Part shown: positions 1-13,238 of the stretch, in pieces
Numbering within the stretch: the first letter of the stretch is position 1
Layout of the letters: every line of letters begins with the position of its first letter
Source: Veleropilina oligotropha
Lineage: Eukaryota
Length of the DNA stretch: 64,000 nucleotides
Direction of reading: 5' to 3'
Assembly (NCBI GenBank): GCA_048128005.1
Contig: JBEUKZ010000008.1
Span: forward strand, 1-64,000
Program-made: the position numbers and the translations under genes
The notes under the pieces: generated by a model
What the model was told of the DNA's origin: nothing
Databases searched by the model: none
Seen by the model: only the letters and a program-made list of their open reading frames with translations

Positions 1-519
1 TTTGTTCGCCATCCAGGGGCAAATTACCAGTCTTATTTAACTCGTTTTTTATTCCAGCTGTCTTCTTTTTGGTTCGGGATTTCAGGTCTTCCCATTTCTT
101 CTTTATTTCGTCGACAGTACGACAACATGTCGAAGTTGCATTTACACTTGTTGTGATCGACTTCCACACAGCATTCTCTTATTCAGTGTTACTACGTCAC
201 TAAATTTGCCGCTAATCACTGAATACTGCTCCTCTATCTTGTCTATAAGGACTCTTATTTCCTCATCTCTAAAGTTGGCCTTTCTTCTATTCTACTTAGA
301 TGTAGCCATTATTGATGAGAAGAAATTGTCATGAAGTGTGCACATGCATGGACAAACCTGTGACCTATATATTTACGTGCGTGTCTTAACGTTGCGTCAA
401 CACCAGTGATTTGCGTGGAGCTTTGTGAATATCGCGCAACGCAATTTGCGGCTTCCCGCAAACTTTAACTTGCGTGCTCGTAAGTAGCATGCGTTGCGAG
501 CGGTTGGTGAATAAGGCCT
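1..519 (-). mobile_element. PIF/Harbinger-like DNA transposon end (runs off the window start) with a decayed Myb/SANT-like gene at 1-309
   Basis: The minus strand from ATG 309 reads MATSK*NRRKANFRDEEIRVLIDKIEEQYSVISGKFS, then after a frameshift VWKSITTSVNA..RTVDEIKKKWEDLKSRTKKK, which is a Myb/SANT-like pattern. The terminus AGGCCTTATTCACCAA at 519 is flanked by CAG/CTG. Confidence 0.7.
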
Positions 520-1119
520 CTGAATTTTTAGGTGACTGGCACATAGGTTGAGGATATAGGCGTTTGTATCCAGAGTTGACCTGTCACCCCTCAGTGGACG
601 TCTCGGAACCTGTTCGAAGGGTACATTTTTAAATCTTATGGATGATCGTCGGCTATACTGCTCAAGTTCGTCCATGTATAGTTCACCCTTATCGGAGCGC
701 CGTTCCTGTAGCATAAGACAGTTTTGTTGGGATTCAACTGTCTTTGTAAGCTCAGTGATGCGCTCTTTTAAGACACTTATTTCTTGTGTATGTGCCTGAA
801 ACGTCGACATGAAATCTGACAGTGAAATGGATAAATTACCAATCGTTTCTTTTTGTTCGGTAATTAGAGCAATTAGCGGTGACGTTGCTTTATCCACTAT
901 GGTATTAATTAATTGGAGCAATCCCGGAGTAATTCGCACATCGTCCACGGAATCAGGGTCTACGTCGCGAATTGCGTCTTCCTGGTCGTTAATACGAAGC
1001 GATTTTGACGTGGAATTTTCTCCCGGGGATGTTCTATTTCTCTTTTCTGTATCTGAGACAACGGGTGTTTGTTTCATGCCATGCGCTGGGCTTTTTGAGT
1101 TCCTTGATTTGGAACTCAT
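520..1119 (-). pseudogene. LINE (CR1/L2-type) ORF1, truncated by the Harbinger insertion
   Basis: Coiled-coil followed by ELEQYSRRSSIRFKNVP, paralleling LEHYSRRQSLRFHGIP in ORF1 at 19675-20631. The last residues of the track ORF (RPYSP...) are transposon TIR sequence. Confidence 0.7.
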
Positions 1120-1545
1120 CGCCTTTCTTGTTCTTAATTAGGCAATGAAAAGATGTACATTTCCGTCGTGATTCAATGCTGGATTAATGACATTATAATA
1201 ATAATAATAAATGTATATATAAATTATCACGATAATAACACACGATAATCGACGATCTTTTTGCCAGATTTTACGTAAGTTCGTGTTATTTATTCCGTAT
1301 GCTTGTGCCGTATTTCTTATTTTTCTCTTTGACAATCGATGTTGATTTCACAAACGCTGCAAACGTACAAGTTTAAATCGTCGTGTTTACTGTTATGTAT
1401 AATTTTAACCAAACTCACGTTTCATCCTCGTATAATATTCCAAGTGCTGATTTGTTCCATGTCTTTCGCTCATAGCCTACTTAAAGCGATCGTTAAACGT
1501 TCGTGTTTAATACGCAGCCCGATTCCGCCACTTGCTAACCTGCCG

Positions 1546-2397
1546 CCATCATTTGGTTCAATGCAGGACATGTCTATATAATAGTATCGCGGTGGGAAAC
1601 CCACCCTCTCCGACCAGTTACGGACAACTGTGATTCATAACTTAAACAACTGTATGATATCCCTGCCCAGGTTTGACCCCACTACTGTTCGTGTAAGCGG
1701 AATCAAACCAGTGATATCATGTGCTCAAACGAGGATCCAAAGTGAAAGCATCACCTTGACATTTTTTCTCTGGTGAGCGAAATCCTTGCTGACTTTTTGC
1801 CTCGAAGTTAAATTCGTCGTGAAATTGCGATATTTGTAATAACTCTTAAGTACTGGTAATATCGTGATATCATTTACACCAAAAAGCACGGATTCAGTAA
1901 TCTGTCTTACTGAAGATTTCAGGTAAAACTGTATTGAGTTATTGCGAGTTACATATTGTCAACTTTGGTGAAATATTATATCACAATAGAGCAGATATAG
2001 CGTTGAGCTTAAATCGTAGTAACATTTGCGTGCTGTTCTATTTGGGCCCTGATCAGATCAATCTCTCTCTGCGTCTGCATTAGTACGTCGTAGAATCTAA
2101 TACTGGCATTATATTATTACTCACGACGAATTTAACTTCGAGGCAAAAGTCAGCAAGGATTTCACTAACCAGAGAAAAAATGTCAAGGTGATGCTTTAAT
2201 GTTGTATCCTCGCTTTGAGCACATGATATCACTGGTTTTATTCCGCTTACACGAATAGTAGTGGGTTCAAGCCTCGGCAGGGATATCATACATTTTTTCA
2301 AGTTGTGAATCACAGTTGTCCGTAACTGGTCGGAGAGGGCGGGTTTCCCACTGCCATACTATTATATGGACATGTTCTGCTTTGAACCAAATGATGG
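1546..2397. repeat. Inverted pair of ~277-bp SINE-related repeats (1546-1822 and 2121-2397)
   Basis: The arms are near reverse complements of each other and resemble the tRNA-SINE-like repeat at 23008-23228. Confidence 0.75.
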
Positions 2398-2498
2398 TTG
2401 GAAATATACAGGACATTAACCATCGATCCTCTCCTTTTCCTTACCTCTCTGTTTTAATTACATACTAGAGCAATTCTCTCTCGTTACGGATCGGACAT

Positions 2499-2608
2499 CC
2501 GGAAATCATGACGTCATTTCCGGTTTTCGTGTTTCTTTCAGATGTCGGATCGCTATGTAATGCCATTCGATGATAAAAGGGGTTTTATCACGATAGCAGA
2601 AAGTAAGT
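2499..2608 (+). promoter_or_regulatory. Possible promoter (ETS-CRE-ETS palindrome) with a short exon ending at a GTAAGT donor
   Basis: CCGGAAAT-CA-TGACGTCA-TTTCCGG at 2499-2523; GTAAGT at 2603. Confidence 0.3.
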
Positions 2609-2918
2609 AAGATTTTATTAGCAGGGTGAAAGTTAGAAATATCACATTAATTGTGTATCTATATGTCTAAATATTGTTTTATTTTCCTGACGTATACATG
2701 TAGGGACTGGCGAAGGGTATTGCAAATGTGTTGGCGCGAATGTACGCCGGTTCGCGATATTAACTCTCTGTATCTTCTGGTCCAGTTTACTTCAAATCTT
2801 CAAGTCTGAGTACGCTACTAGACCTGAAAATCATCGATACTAAGGGAATCATAATATCAGAAAGTAGAGGATTTGATCGCCGGAACAAGGATTTGAAATA
2901 TCAGATCTTCTTGTTTTG

Positions 2919-3024
2919 AAATAGGCTGCGTGTGTATCTAGCATCAAATAGGCTGCGTGTGTATCTAGCATCAAATAGGGTACGTGTGTATCTAGCATCA
3001 AATAGGCTACGTGTGTATCTAGCA
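2919..3024. repeat. 27-bp tandem repeat, ~4 copies
   Basis: Unit AAATAGGCTGCGTGTGTATCTAGCATC. Confidence 0.85.
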
Positions 3025-3531
3025 AACGCAAGACACATAATTGAAAAGTGCGAGCTAATTTAATCGACTAGTAGTGTTCGTGAGTGAACCGTGTCTTTGG
3101 TCGTGTAGGCCCTGGTGATTATGTTAGAGGTTGCAACAAGGCCCGCGTCCACCGATGAGGCGTTTTTGCAGGCCAGCTCCTACAGGTACCACCGGTTACA
3201 AAATCAGGTGTACACAATAACAACTTATCACACCATTGCGACGCCTTATGCAATTATGCTTAAGATTGTCTGCATGTGGATTCAAGAGTTATATTTTAAC
3301 CTCTGGTTGTTTGTCTGCCATTATATTAGCATAATTACTCATGATTACTGCACGTTTTCAAAGTATGAGTTTAAATCAAGTCTCGGTTGCAGAGTTACTA
3401 AGCCACTTCGATATACTAGTATTATCCATAGACGTTACCTAAACATAAAAAATGCACTTTTGCATTATAATTATGGTTGCTGCTTAAAATAATTGATTAA
3501 CTAGTCTGAAGAAAATGTCCACTGATATAAT

Positions 3532-3633
<102 letters not shown>

Positions 3634-4167
3634 TATGAGATATCACATATTTGTTTCACACATTGTAAGCCTAAACAAATGATGACGTTACTGCTATCGA
3701 GACTTTTATTCATATTATTAGAATAAATTAGAATTATCGAAAGTTAATTTTAATCTGATTTAATATCAAAGGCAATCCGAAAATATGTAAATAATCTATA
3801 TGATTTCATAGGTTTTCTGACTTTTCAAGGGAGACAATTTATTTGTGTCAAACAGATATGGCATAAGAAATCCTCTGAGAGGAAAAATAACCTATAATAC
3901 TTTACATAGTAAACAAAAGTATTCTTCACTTCTTTTCAATAATCTCATCCTATTGTATTCAACTACTGGCCTGATTTAATAATGAAAGCAATCTTCTAAA
4001 ATACGTAAATGATTTTATTGCCTTTGTGTGCTGCCAACAGGTAGTTTTAACCTTTCGACCGAAATTAATACCTGTACCATTAGGGACATATCAGTCGGAT
4101 TTAATTTCCTTACGGGGGTCCGCCAACCTCACATATGCGAGGTTGAATTAAACAATCTCCTGGAGAC

Positions 4168-4263
4168 CCTTTCTTTCTCGTTTATGCATGTTCTCTCTCT
4201 TTCTTCCTTCTCTCTTTCTTCCATCTCTCTCTTCCTTCCTTCCTTCCTCTTCCTTCCTCTTCC

Positions 4264-4303
<40 letters not shown>

Positions 4304-4755
4304 CCTCTTTCTCCCTCTTTCTCCCTCTCTTTCTCCCTCTCTCTCTTTCTCCCTTTCTCCCTCTCTCTCTTCCTTTCTTTCTCTCTTCCTTCCTTTCTCT
4401 CCCTTCCTTCCTTTCTCTCTCTCTCTTCCTTCCTTTCTCTCTTCCTTCCTTTCTCTCTCTTCCTTTCTCTCTCTTCCTTTCTTCCTCTCTCTTCCTTCTC
4501 TCTTCCTCTCTTCCTTCCTTCCTTCCTCTCCCTCCCTTTCTCTCTCTTCCTCCCTTCCATCCTCTCTCTCTCTCTCTCTCTTTTCCTTTCTTCCTTCCTT
4601 CCTCTCTCTCTCTCTCTTCCTTTCTTCCTTCCTTCCTTCCTCTCTCTCTTCCTTTATTCTTTCTTCCTCTCTCTTCCTTCCTTCCCCTTCCTTCCTCTCT
4701 CTTCCTTCCTTCCTTCCTCTCTTCCTTCCTTCCTTCCTTCCTTCCTCTCTCTTCC
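4168..4755. repeat. Polypyrimidine (CT/CCTT) low-complexity tract
   Basis: Almost purely C/T; it explains the spurious S/L/F/P-rich and R/E/K/G-rich ORFs. Confidence 0.95.
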
Positions 4756-4952
4756 AAATATATGAACGTATGGTACATCAACTCATATTAATCCGTATGT
4801 TGAGTCAGTTTGTGTTCACAACAAATTCTGTCACATTAAAATGGAAAGCCTTACGATGAGATAACCCTAAGGATGACCCTAGGATTGTTCTGGGACAAGA
4901 AACTCAATTCAACAACTCATGGACTATTTATTTAATGAACTAAAAATAGATG

Positions 4953-6400
4953 TTATTATGCCCCCACAAACGAAGCTTAGGGGGGCATATAGGAGTCTGT
5001 TCTCTTCTGCTCCATATCTCCTATGCTATTTGACCGAGGGACATGAAACTTCGTGTGTGCATGCGTCATAACCAAAAGGTGTCGCGTGCAGAAAGTAGGC
5101 CACCTTGACTTACTTTTCATGCTTGACTGCACAATCCAAAATTCCCTTCTGCTCCATATCTCCCATAATATTTGACCGAGGGACATGAAACTTCATGTGT
5201 GTATGCGTCATAACAATGGTGTATCGCATACCGAAAGTAGGTCACTGCAATCTACATTTCGGACTTAACTACATTTGGTCCAAAATTCCCTTCCGCTCCA
5301 TATCTTCCATACTATTTGACCGAGGGACACGAAATTTGATGTGTGTATGCGTCATAACCCAAAGGTGTGTCACGTACCAAGATCAGGTCACCGTGCCCTA
5401 CTTTTCACACTTGTCCACATTTGGTCCAAAATTCCCTTACGATCCATGTCTCCCGTACTATTTGGCCGAGGGACACGAAACGTGAATGATGTGTGTATGC
5501 GTCTTGACTGAAAGGTATGTCGCGTACCGAACGTAGGTCAGCACGACCTACTTTTCACGCTTGACCGCATTCAGTCTAAAATTCCCTTCCGCTCCATATC
5601 TCTCATACTATTTGACTGCGGAACATCAAACTTCATGTGTGTACTAGCTTGCATACCCGGCTCTGCCCGGGTAATAAAGGCTTCCCCCAATAGCTTAGTC
5701 ACCCTGTCTGCCTTACTCCCCCTTCCCCCTCGTTCCTACTCCTAATTGTATAATAGAAGACTGCCAGTATGAAACTCGAATGAATATCAGCAGCCTCCAG
5801 AATGTTTTAATTAATAATCACTAATACTTATATTGCGGTCACGTAGCGTTTCACCATTTATAATTCCATGTGTCGCGCTCTTCACTATCGTATTTCCGAG
5901 GTAAGGCTTCCCCCAACAGCTTATATATAGTCACCCTGTCTGCCTGGTGTAAAGCCACGAGCGTGGCCTAGCGTCTTATCCAGTAGGGCCACGTACGTGG
6001 CCTGTCGTCTCGAACCAGTTAAAGTGCTTGTGGCTAGCAAAAGTTGCATCCCCTTTTTACCTCGGTAATAGTTGCATATTAAAAATGCTGATAAAATCCT
6101 ATTTTCTGATAAATATTAATTTTCCTGTTCCAAAACTATCCTATATCATAATATATACATCAGATTCGTTCTATTTGACATTGCAATATATATACTGTAT
6201 TATTTAATAACGACGCCGGAAGTGGTTATATCTAAATAACTTGCAGTGGATTTTATATTCCGTTGCATTTTATATACACCGACATACAACGCGACAAACA
6301 ACGAACAGTCTTACTTTATATATATATAGATGCAACAGCCTGTTCCTGGGTCAAACGCTTTCGTGGGGGCATGTGATAACTCCCGTGATAGCTCTAGTTC
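4953..6400 (+). mobile_element. HINE/DINE-like non-autonomous element with ~140-bp internal tandem repeats, interrupted by a Helitron
   Basis: 5' hairpin TATGCCCCC...GGGGGCATA; ~5 repeats of CTCCATATCT..TATTTGACCGAGGGACA..GAAAC; 3' end GGGGGCATG...CTCTAGTT. Confidence 0.6.
5644..6330 (-). mobile_element. Non-autonomous Helitron
   Basis: The minus strand starts TCTATATATA and ends CTAG, with a subterminal CCCGG..CCGGG hairpin. It is inserted between A and T; removing it restores the host repeat GTGTGTA|TGC. Confidence 0.75.
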
Positions 6401-6491
6401 CATTTTGGGCATTTGTCACCCATCTTGTTACATAATATCAAATTAACTTACAGTAAAGCTGTAATATTAACTATTTACTCTACGCTTTCAG

Positions 6492-6637
6492 TACACGGCT
6501 ACAGATTTTGTAGTGCCGGTGCAGGTAAACTAGAGATAAGTTTTACACCCAGCGATGGCAGCGAACAAATGAAGTATACCGTATTCGACTACAGGGAATC
6601 CGGAGGGGTCGCCATGGCGATGTATAACACAGATGCG
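6492..6637 (+). pseudogene. IDH1: Isolated exon of NADP-dependent isocitrate dehydrogenase (IDH1-like) with a 1-bp frameshift
   Basis: TTTCAG acceptor and GTAAG donor. It translates [49 protein letters not shown], matching IDH1 [23 protein letters not shown]...GGVAMGMYN. Length is 146 bp versus 147 needed to keep frame. Confidence 0.85.
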
Positions 6638-8249
6638 GTAAGATGTTTACTGCAAATACGTCATAGTTTTATTTGAAATGCACACAGACGGAAAATCGCG
6701 CGTTTCGAGACCGAATCCGCTCGCTGGCAATAGGATTGCCCATAACGTCGAAGATAACCTGCACAATAACGAAGAAATACAAAGAGAAGTACACATGGGA
6801 GAGATAAGTACATTTTGCAATTCAGTAGTAATAATAACAGGTGTCCTCCATAACATAGCTAAGATCTCGTATAATAAACTCGGTAGGGAAATAAAACAAC
6901 TTGTAGGTACGATCCGCGACATCCGTACAAGCGAAACGGAAGCATTATAGTCAAATGTAGTACGAACACCCAACTAAGAACGACCCAAGCGCTCAAAACA
7001 TTCAACGGGGTCCCGGTGACCACCTGACTCGTTTCTGACAACGCGAACACTGTAAAAGGCGTGATCAAACCGATAGGATTGCATATGTCAGATGATCAAA
7101 TTCTATTTTCAACTACAAAAAGAAAACAAATTTATTTCCGAAGTTAGACGCCTAGGATTAAAAGATAAAACTCCTAGCCGAGCAATCGTTGTAAGTTACA
7201 GAGCTAAGAGTTTGCCAAAACTTGTAAATTTTTTCGGCACCCCGCATTCCGTCGAGACATACGCGCCACCTCCAGTTCGTTGCTTTAAGTGCCAACGCTT
7301 CGGCCATACGTCAAAAGTGTGCAAAAGCACGATTGACGTGTGCTCTTGTGCGGCGGTGAACATCGATATGAAAGGTGCGATAACACCTTTTCCAAATGTG
7401 CGAACTGCGCCGGTAACCATAGCGCCGGTAACCATATCGGGAAAAACAAACACTGAATAAAACAATCAATGATAAATCATCCGTAACGAGCCAGAAAATA
7501 AACAAAGCAAACTTGCGCACAAAAGAAAGTATCAAATCACCGATATCATATGCCGGCGCGGTTAAAACTCAAGTGAACGCATGCCAGACCGAACAACAAA
7601 TTGAGTCTAATCCGATTACGCCCCTTTCAGACGAATCACCAATAACCTCGGAATGCCAATTTAAACATCAAATAAAACCCGAAGAGTTCCGATTCATAAT
7701 TCACTCACTTTTTCAAATTCTGCATAAAACGTTCGAAAACGAAAGAGAGACAAACGAACTAAATAGCGAAGCGGAACGAAAAGAAAGACGTTTTCAACTT
7801 TTAAACGAAGCGGTAATCGAAACTTTTGAGGAACTAACCGAAATAGATACGCCGCCAACTAACCAGGAACAAAACCCCCCAACTCTACCAAAACCACAAT
7901 GGGAAAAAAGAATCGGGCGTAGATCGCAAACCGATTCCCCAAGCGAAACTAAAATCGAGCAAATTAACACTGAGAAATCAGCACCAAAAAACGAAATTAA
8001 ACGCGATCCGGTTAAAATATAGGAGAACCAATAGTGACCGCCATACCCGAAATAGTAATTTCCGAGACTCCAACGAGAGTAAATAACAACGTCACGGTAA
8101 AAAACAAAACAATAAACGAAAACACTGAATCTTCGTTCCAAACACCAAAACAAAGTACCAACGCGAAATCAGTATTTGAAAAGGCAAAAATACCAACTCC
8201 CGTAGGCAGACGAATTCGCAGACAGTGTAAAATTGGGCATACAAACCAA

Positions 8250-10856
8250 CATTAATAAGACAAAGGAGAAGAATCCATAAAATAGCCAAAAGAACTAACA
8301 ATCCATTACAATGGGCAAAGTTTCGAGAAAAAAAGAAACGAAGTTACCAACGCTGTTCATGAAGCCAAGCTTACATATTTTAATAAATTAGCCAATAACC
8401 TTCAATATGGTAATGTCAGCAGTAAATCGTGGTGGAAAATTGCCAAGCAATTTTTAAAACAAGATAATATCACTGAATATCCACCCTTAATTAACAATGA
8501 TGTCCACCTTAATACGAGTATCGAGAAGGCCAATTTATTTAATTCATACTTCTGCCAGCAATCATCAATTGATGACAGCTCTACAGTCCTTCCTCCGTTT
8601 ACTCGTCCTATTACTGAACTAAACAACATTCATACTATGATAGAAGATGTTCTCGAGGTTTTAAATAATCTTGATACTAGTAAAGCTTGTGGACCTGACA
8701 CGATAAGTCCTAAAATACTTAAGGAAGGTGCGTTAGTAATAGCAAGACACCTTACAAGCATTTTTAATAACTCGCTAGCTCAATCACATTTTCCAAAAAC
8801 CTGGAAAACAGCAAATGTCACACCTGTGCATAAAAAGGGGGATAAAAGCGAAGTGTCAAATTATAGACCGATATCACTATTAAGCTGTGTGGCTAAAGTA
8901 TTTGAACGCTGTATATTCAAGCACATGCATAATTACATTTTAACTAATAATATTATAACCCCACACCAATCCGGTTTCACCCCTAAAGACTCAACAGTTT
9001 TGCAATTAATGGACATATACAATACTTTCAGCAAAGCTGTGGATGATGGAAAAGAGATCAGGGTGGTATTCTGCGATATAAGCAAAGCATTTGATCGTGT
9101 GTGGCATCGCGGACTACTATTTAAATTAAGACAAGTTGGTATATCTGGTCCTCTATTACACTGGTTTCATGATTATTTAAATGGAAGAACTCAAAGAGTA
9201 GTTATTGAAGGTTCCGAATCTGATTATCTTTCCGTCCGAGCTGGTGTTCCACAAGGATCTATACTGGGACCATTACTCTTTCTTATATACGTAAATGACA
9301 TAGTTATAAACATTGAAGCAAATATAAAATTATTTGCTGATGACACCTCTCTATATATAATTATTGAGGATCCCTTGATGGCAGCTGAAATTCTAAATCG
9401 TGATCTATTTAAACTTCATCAATGGGCAAATCAATGGCTGGTAACCTTCAACCCAAGAAAAACAGAAGAAATGATCATATCAAAGAAAATTATCACGCGA
9501 AATCACCCCGACTTAATAATGAATAACGTACCCGTACAATTAGTGAAATCACATAAACACTTAGGACTAAACTTTGATGATAATCTATCATGGCACACGC
9601 ATATCGAAGAAATAACTTCAAAAGCTTGGAAGCGAATCAATATCTTGCGGGCGTTAAAATTTAAGGTAGATCGAAAGTCACTAGAGATAATGTACTTTTC
9701 CTTTATTAGGCCTACATTGGAATATGCAGACATAGTATGGGATAATTGCACCGGTTACGAAAAAGAGGAAATAGAAAGAATACAAACAGAAGCTAGTCGA
9801 ATTGTAACCGGTGCAACTAGATCATGCTCTGCTGCAAGGCTCATGGCTGAAACACATTGGGAAAGTCTGGAACAACGCCGCTACAAACATAGACTAACAT
9901 TGTTCTTTAAAATGGCTCATAACATTACCCCAGTATATACGCAAATCTTAGTCCCGCCTAGAAACCAAGATATAAGTCATAGAAATTTACGCAATAGTGC
10001 AAATTTGCATGTCCCATCTTCCAAAACAAATCTTCACCAACATTCATTTCTTCCAAAAACGGTAAGAGAGTGGAATGATATTCCAGAATCCATCAGGACA
10101 AATCCCTCATTACACGCATTTAAAGCATACTTAAACAGACGCTTAACAGGTGTGCCATCATATTACCTCAAAGGCGAAAGACGAGCTCAAATTCTTCATA
10201 CACGTTTACGACTCGGTTGTAGTTCGTTAAATTATGATCTCTTTCATAACCATGTATCCCCAACTGATAAGTGTCAATGTGGTGATATTGAGACAGCGAA
10301 GCATTATATGTTAGAATGTACCATATATAACAATACTCGTCAACTCACCTTGGCAAAACTACCAAATTTATCTCCCATAGACGTCCTTTTGAAAGGTAGC
10401 CCACACACTTCACAAACGACCAATTTGGAGATATTCAGAACAGTACAAGCTTTTATTATAACTAGTAAAAGATTTGCCTAATAATGCACTAAAATGTATT
10501 ATTTATTTATACACTGCCCAGTCTTTTAAAATACATGTACTATCATAATTATATATATAAAACACAAACGTGTAAAATAATGTGTATATTAAGCTTGTGT
10601 ATTAGTTAAATATAAATATATAGTTTGCACATTAGAGCATGTAAATAATAGAAATATTAAGTTTGTATATTATACGTTATCCTCATGTGCAACATTATAC
10701 TCTTAATTTATGCAGACGCCAATTATAGCATATTAACTTTACATTAAAACCGAGGAGATAGCTTTATATAAGTGTTCTTGTTGCTAAATCCTCTTACTGT
10801 TGTGTCTGTAAATTGTATTCTCTTTATATGCTTTATTAATAAATATTGTTTAAACT
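8250..10856 (+). mobile_element. 5'-truncated CR1/L2-type LINE inserted between ORF1 and ORF2 of the I-group LINE
   Basis: The RT ORF is preceded by upstream frame fragments (..NNPLQWAKFR..SSKSWWKIAK). It has an AT-rich 3' UTR with AATAAA near 10838. Confidence 0.85.
8637..10481 (+). CDS. Non-LTR reverse transcriptase (CR1/L2-type ORF2, C-terminal part)
   Basis: NYRPISLLS, DISKAFDRVWH, GVPQGSILGP, FADD, C-terminal CxC..H...C. Confidence 0.9.
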   Translation: MIEDVLEVLNNLDTSKACGPDTISPKILKEGALVIARHLTSIFNNSLAQSHFPKTWKTANVTPVHKKGDKSEVSNYRPISLLSCVAKVFERCIFKHMHNYILTNNIITPHQSGFTPKDSTVLQLMDIYNTFSKAVDDGKEIRVVFCDISKAFDRVWHRGLLFKLRQVGISGPLLHWFHDYLNGRTQRVVIEGSESDYLSVRAGVPQGSILGPLLFLIYVNDIVINIEANIKLFADDTSLYIIIEDPLMAAEILNRDLFKLHQWANQWLVTFNPRKTEEMIISKKIITRNHPDLIMNNVPVQLVKSHKHLGLNFDDNLSWHTHIEEITSKAWKRINILRALKFKVDRKSLEIMYFSFIRPTLEYADIVWDNCTGYEKEEIERIQTEASRIVTGATRSCSAARLMAETHWESLEQRRYKHRLTLFFKMAHNITPVYTQILVPPRNQDISHRNLRNSANLHVPSSKTNLHQHSFLPKTVREWNDIPESIRTNPSLHAFKAYLNRRLTGVPSYYLKGERRAQILHTRLRLGCSSLNYDLFHNHVSPTDKCQCGDIETAKHYMLECTIYNNTRQLTLAKLPNLSPIDVLLKGSPHTSQTTNLEIFRTVQAFIITSKRFA

Positions 10857-12640
10857 AAGGTACGCCTGTCACAACCAAAAGTAAAGACAACAAACCTTCT
10901 TTCCGATAATTATGAGATTAAAAATTATACAATGGAACGTCAGAGGAGTCAGGGCTAACAAAGCCGAACTAGAATTATTAATCAACAGTTCAAAACCCGA
11001 TGTAATATGCTTACAGGAAACACTACTAACCAAATCCGCCAAATTCGGCTTACACGGATATACCACACTGCGTAAAGACTTTCCAAAGGGAAACATCACG
11101 CGGATTAGCTATTTGCGTAAAAATAATTTACAGTATCGCGAATTCAATTTAAACCTAGCTACACTCAATGGTAACATTATACAAATATACTATGAAAACA
11201 AACCCCTCAGAATCATTAACCTATATCGGAATCAAAACGGAAAAGACGACTTAGATATTTTAACCGCTAATCATAACGCTAAAACCATTATAGTAGGAGA
11301 CTTAAACTCACACAATCCCTTGTGGGTGAGCGACCGAACCACCCCGTACGGCACAAATATAATAGATTTTGCAGCGGAAAATAGTTTCGTAATTTTAAAC
11401 GACCCCCATTGCGGTACTAGATATAATCCGATTAATCAAACTCACTCAATGATCGATTTATCCATCGCGTCCGACACAATTGCTCACAAATGTCACTGGT
11501 ATGTCCATAACAACCTCATGGGAAGTGACCATTACCCGATTCTCACGGAAATAGACATAGCGCCTGATATAGAAAACGATGAGCATGAACCTAAATGGAA
11601 CATTCGGAAAGCTGATTGGAAAAGTTTCCATGACGAATGTCTCAACATAAACAAAGACGAAATTTTCGATAACGATATAGAAACATTTAATGAAAATCTT
11701 GTTAACAGCATCATATTAATAGCGGATAAACATATTCCAAAAACGAACATAAGAAAGAACGACAAAATCCCAGTTCCGTGGTGGAACGATAAATGCAAAC
11801 AAGCACTCAAAAAACGTAAAAAAAATGCTCACTAGAAGTAGACGAACTAATAGCCCGGCAGATATAGAAGCTTACAAATCAGCCAAATCATCCGCTAGAA
11901 AAGTAATTAAAGAAGCAAAAAGAGATAACTGGCAAGAATATTGCACAACATTAAATGATAGATCAGATAGCAGAAAAGTTTGGAGCAAAATCCATAAAAT
12001 TAATGTGAAGAAAACAAGACACCGAATCCCAACACTAGGCCAAACCATACTAGCAAAAAGTAATAAACAGAAAGCAGAAATGCTAGCCAAAAGTTACGCG
12101 CAAGTTAGCAGCACCCGTAACTACAACCGTCAATTTTTAGACCAAAAAGACGTGCGCAAAACCGCCGTCCGCAATGAACCGAAAGCTTTAAACGACCCGA
12201 CAAATCCCCTAAATTACCCATTTTCAATGATAGAACTAACAGAAGAATTCGCCCTTAAAAAGGGAACGTCAACTGGGCAGGATAAGGTTAGCTACGAAAT
12301 GTTCAAACACATGCCCGTAAATACGTTAGAATTAATTCTACTTCTTTTCAATGCCACTTGGGAAAAGGGAGATCTCCCGAAACCATGGAAACGGGCCGAA
12401 ATCATTCCCATATTGAAACCAAACAAAGACCCAAATGATCCAAAATCATATACGCCGATATCATTAACATCTAACCTATGCAAAACACTTGAAATCATGA
12501 TTAACAAAAGAATAGTATATCATCTAGAGAAAAACAATTTAATTAACCCGAACCAAAGCGGTTTTAGGAAAAATAGACAGACAGCAGATCAATTGGTAAG
12601 ACTGGAAAATGACATTAGAAAAGGATTCATCCAAAATAGA

Positions 12641-13238
<598 letters not shown>

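Noticed and set aside
4028..4859. Four overlapping ORFs of 143-245 aa
   Set aside because: Translation artefacts of the CT/GA low-complexity tract.
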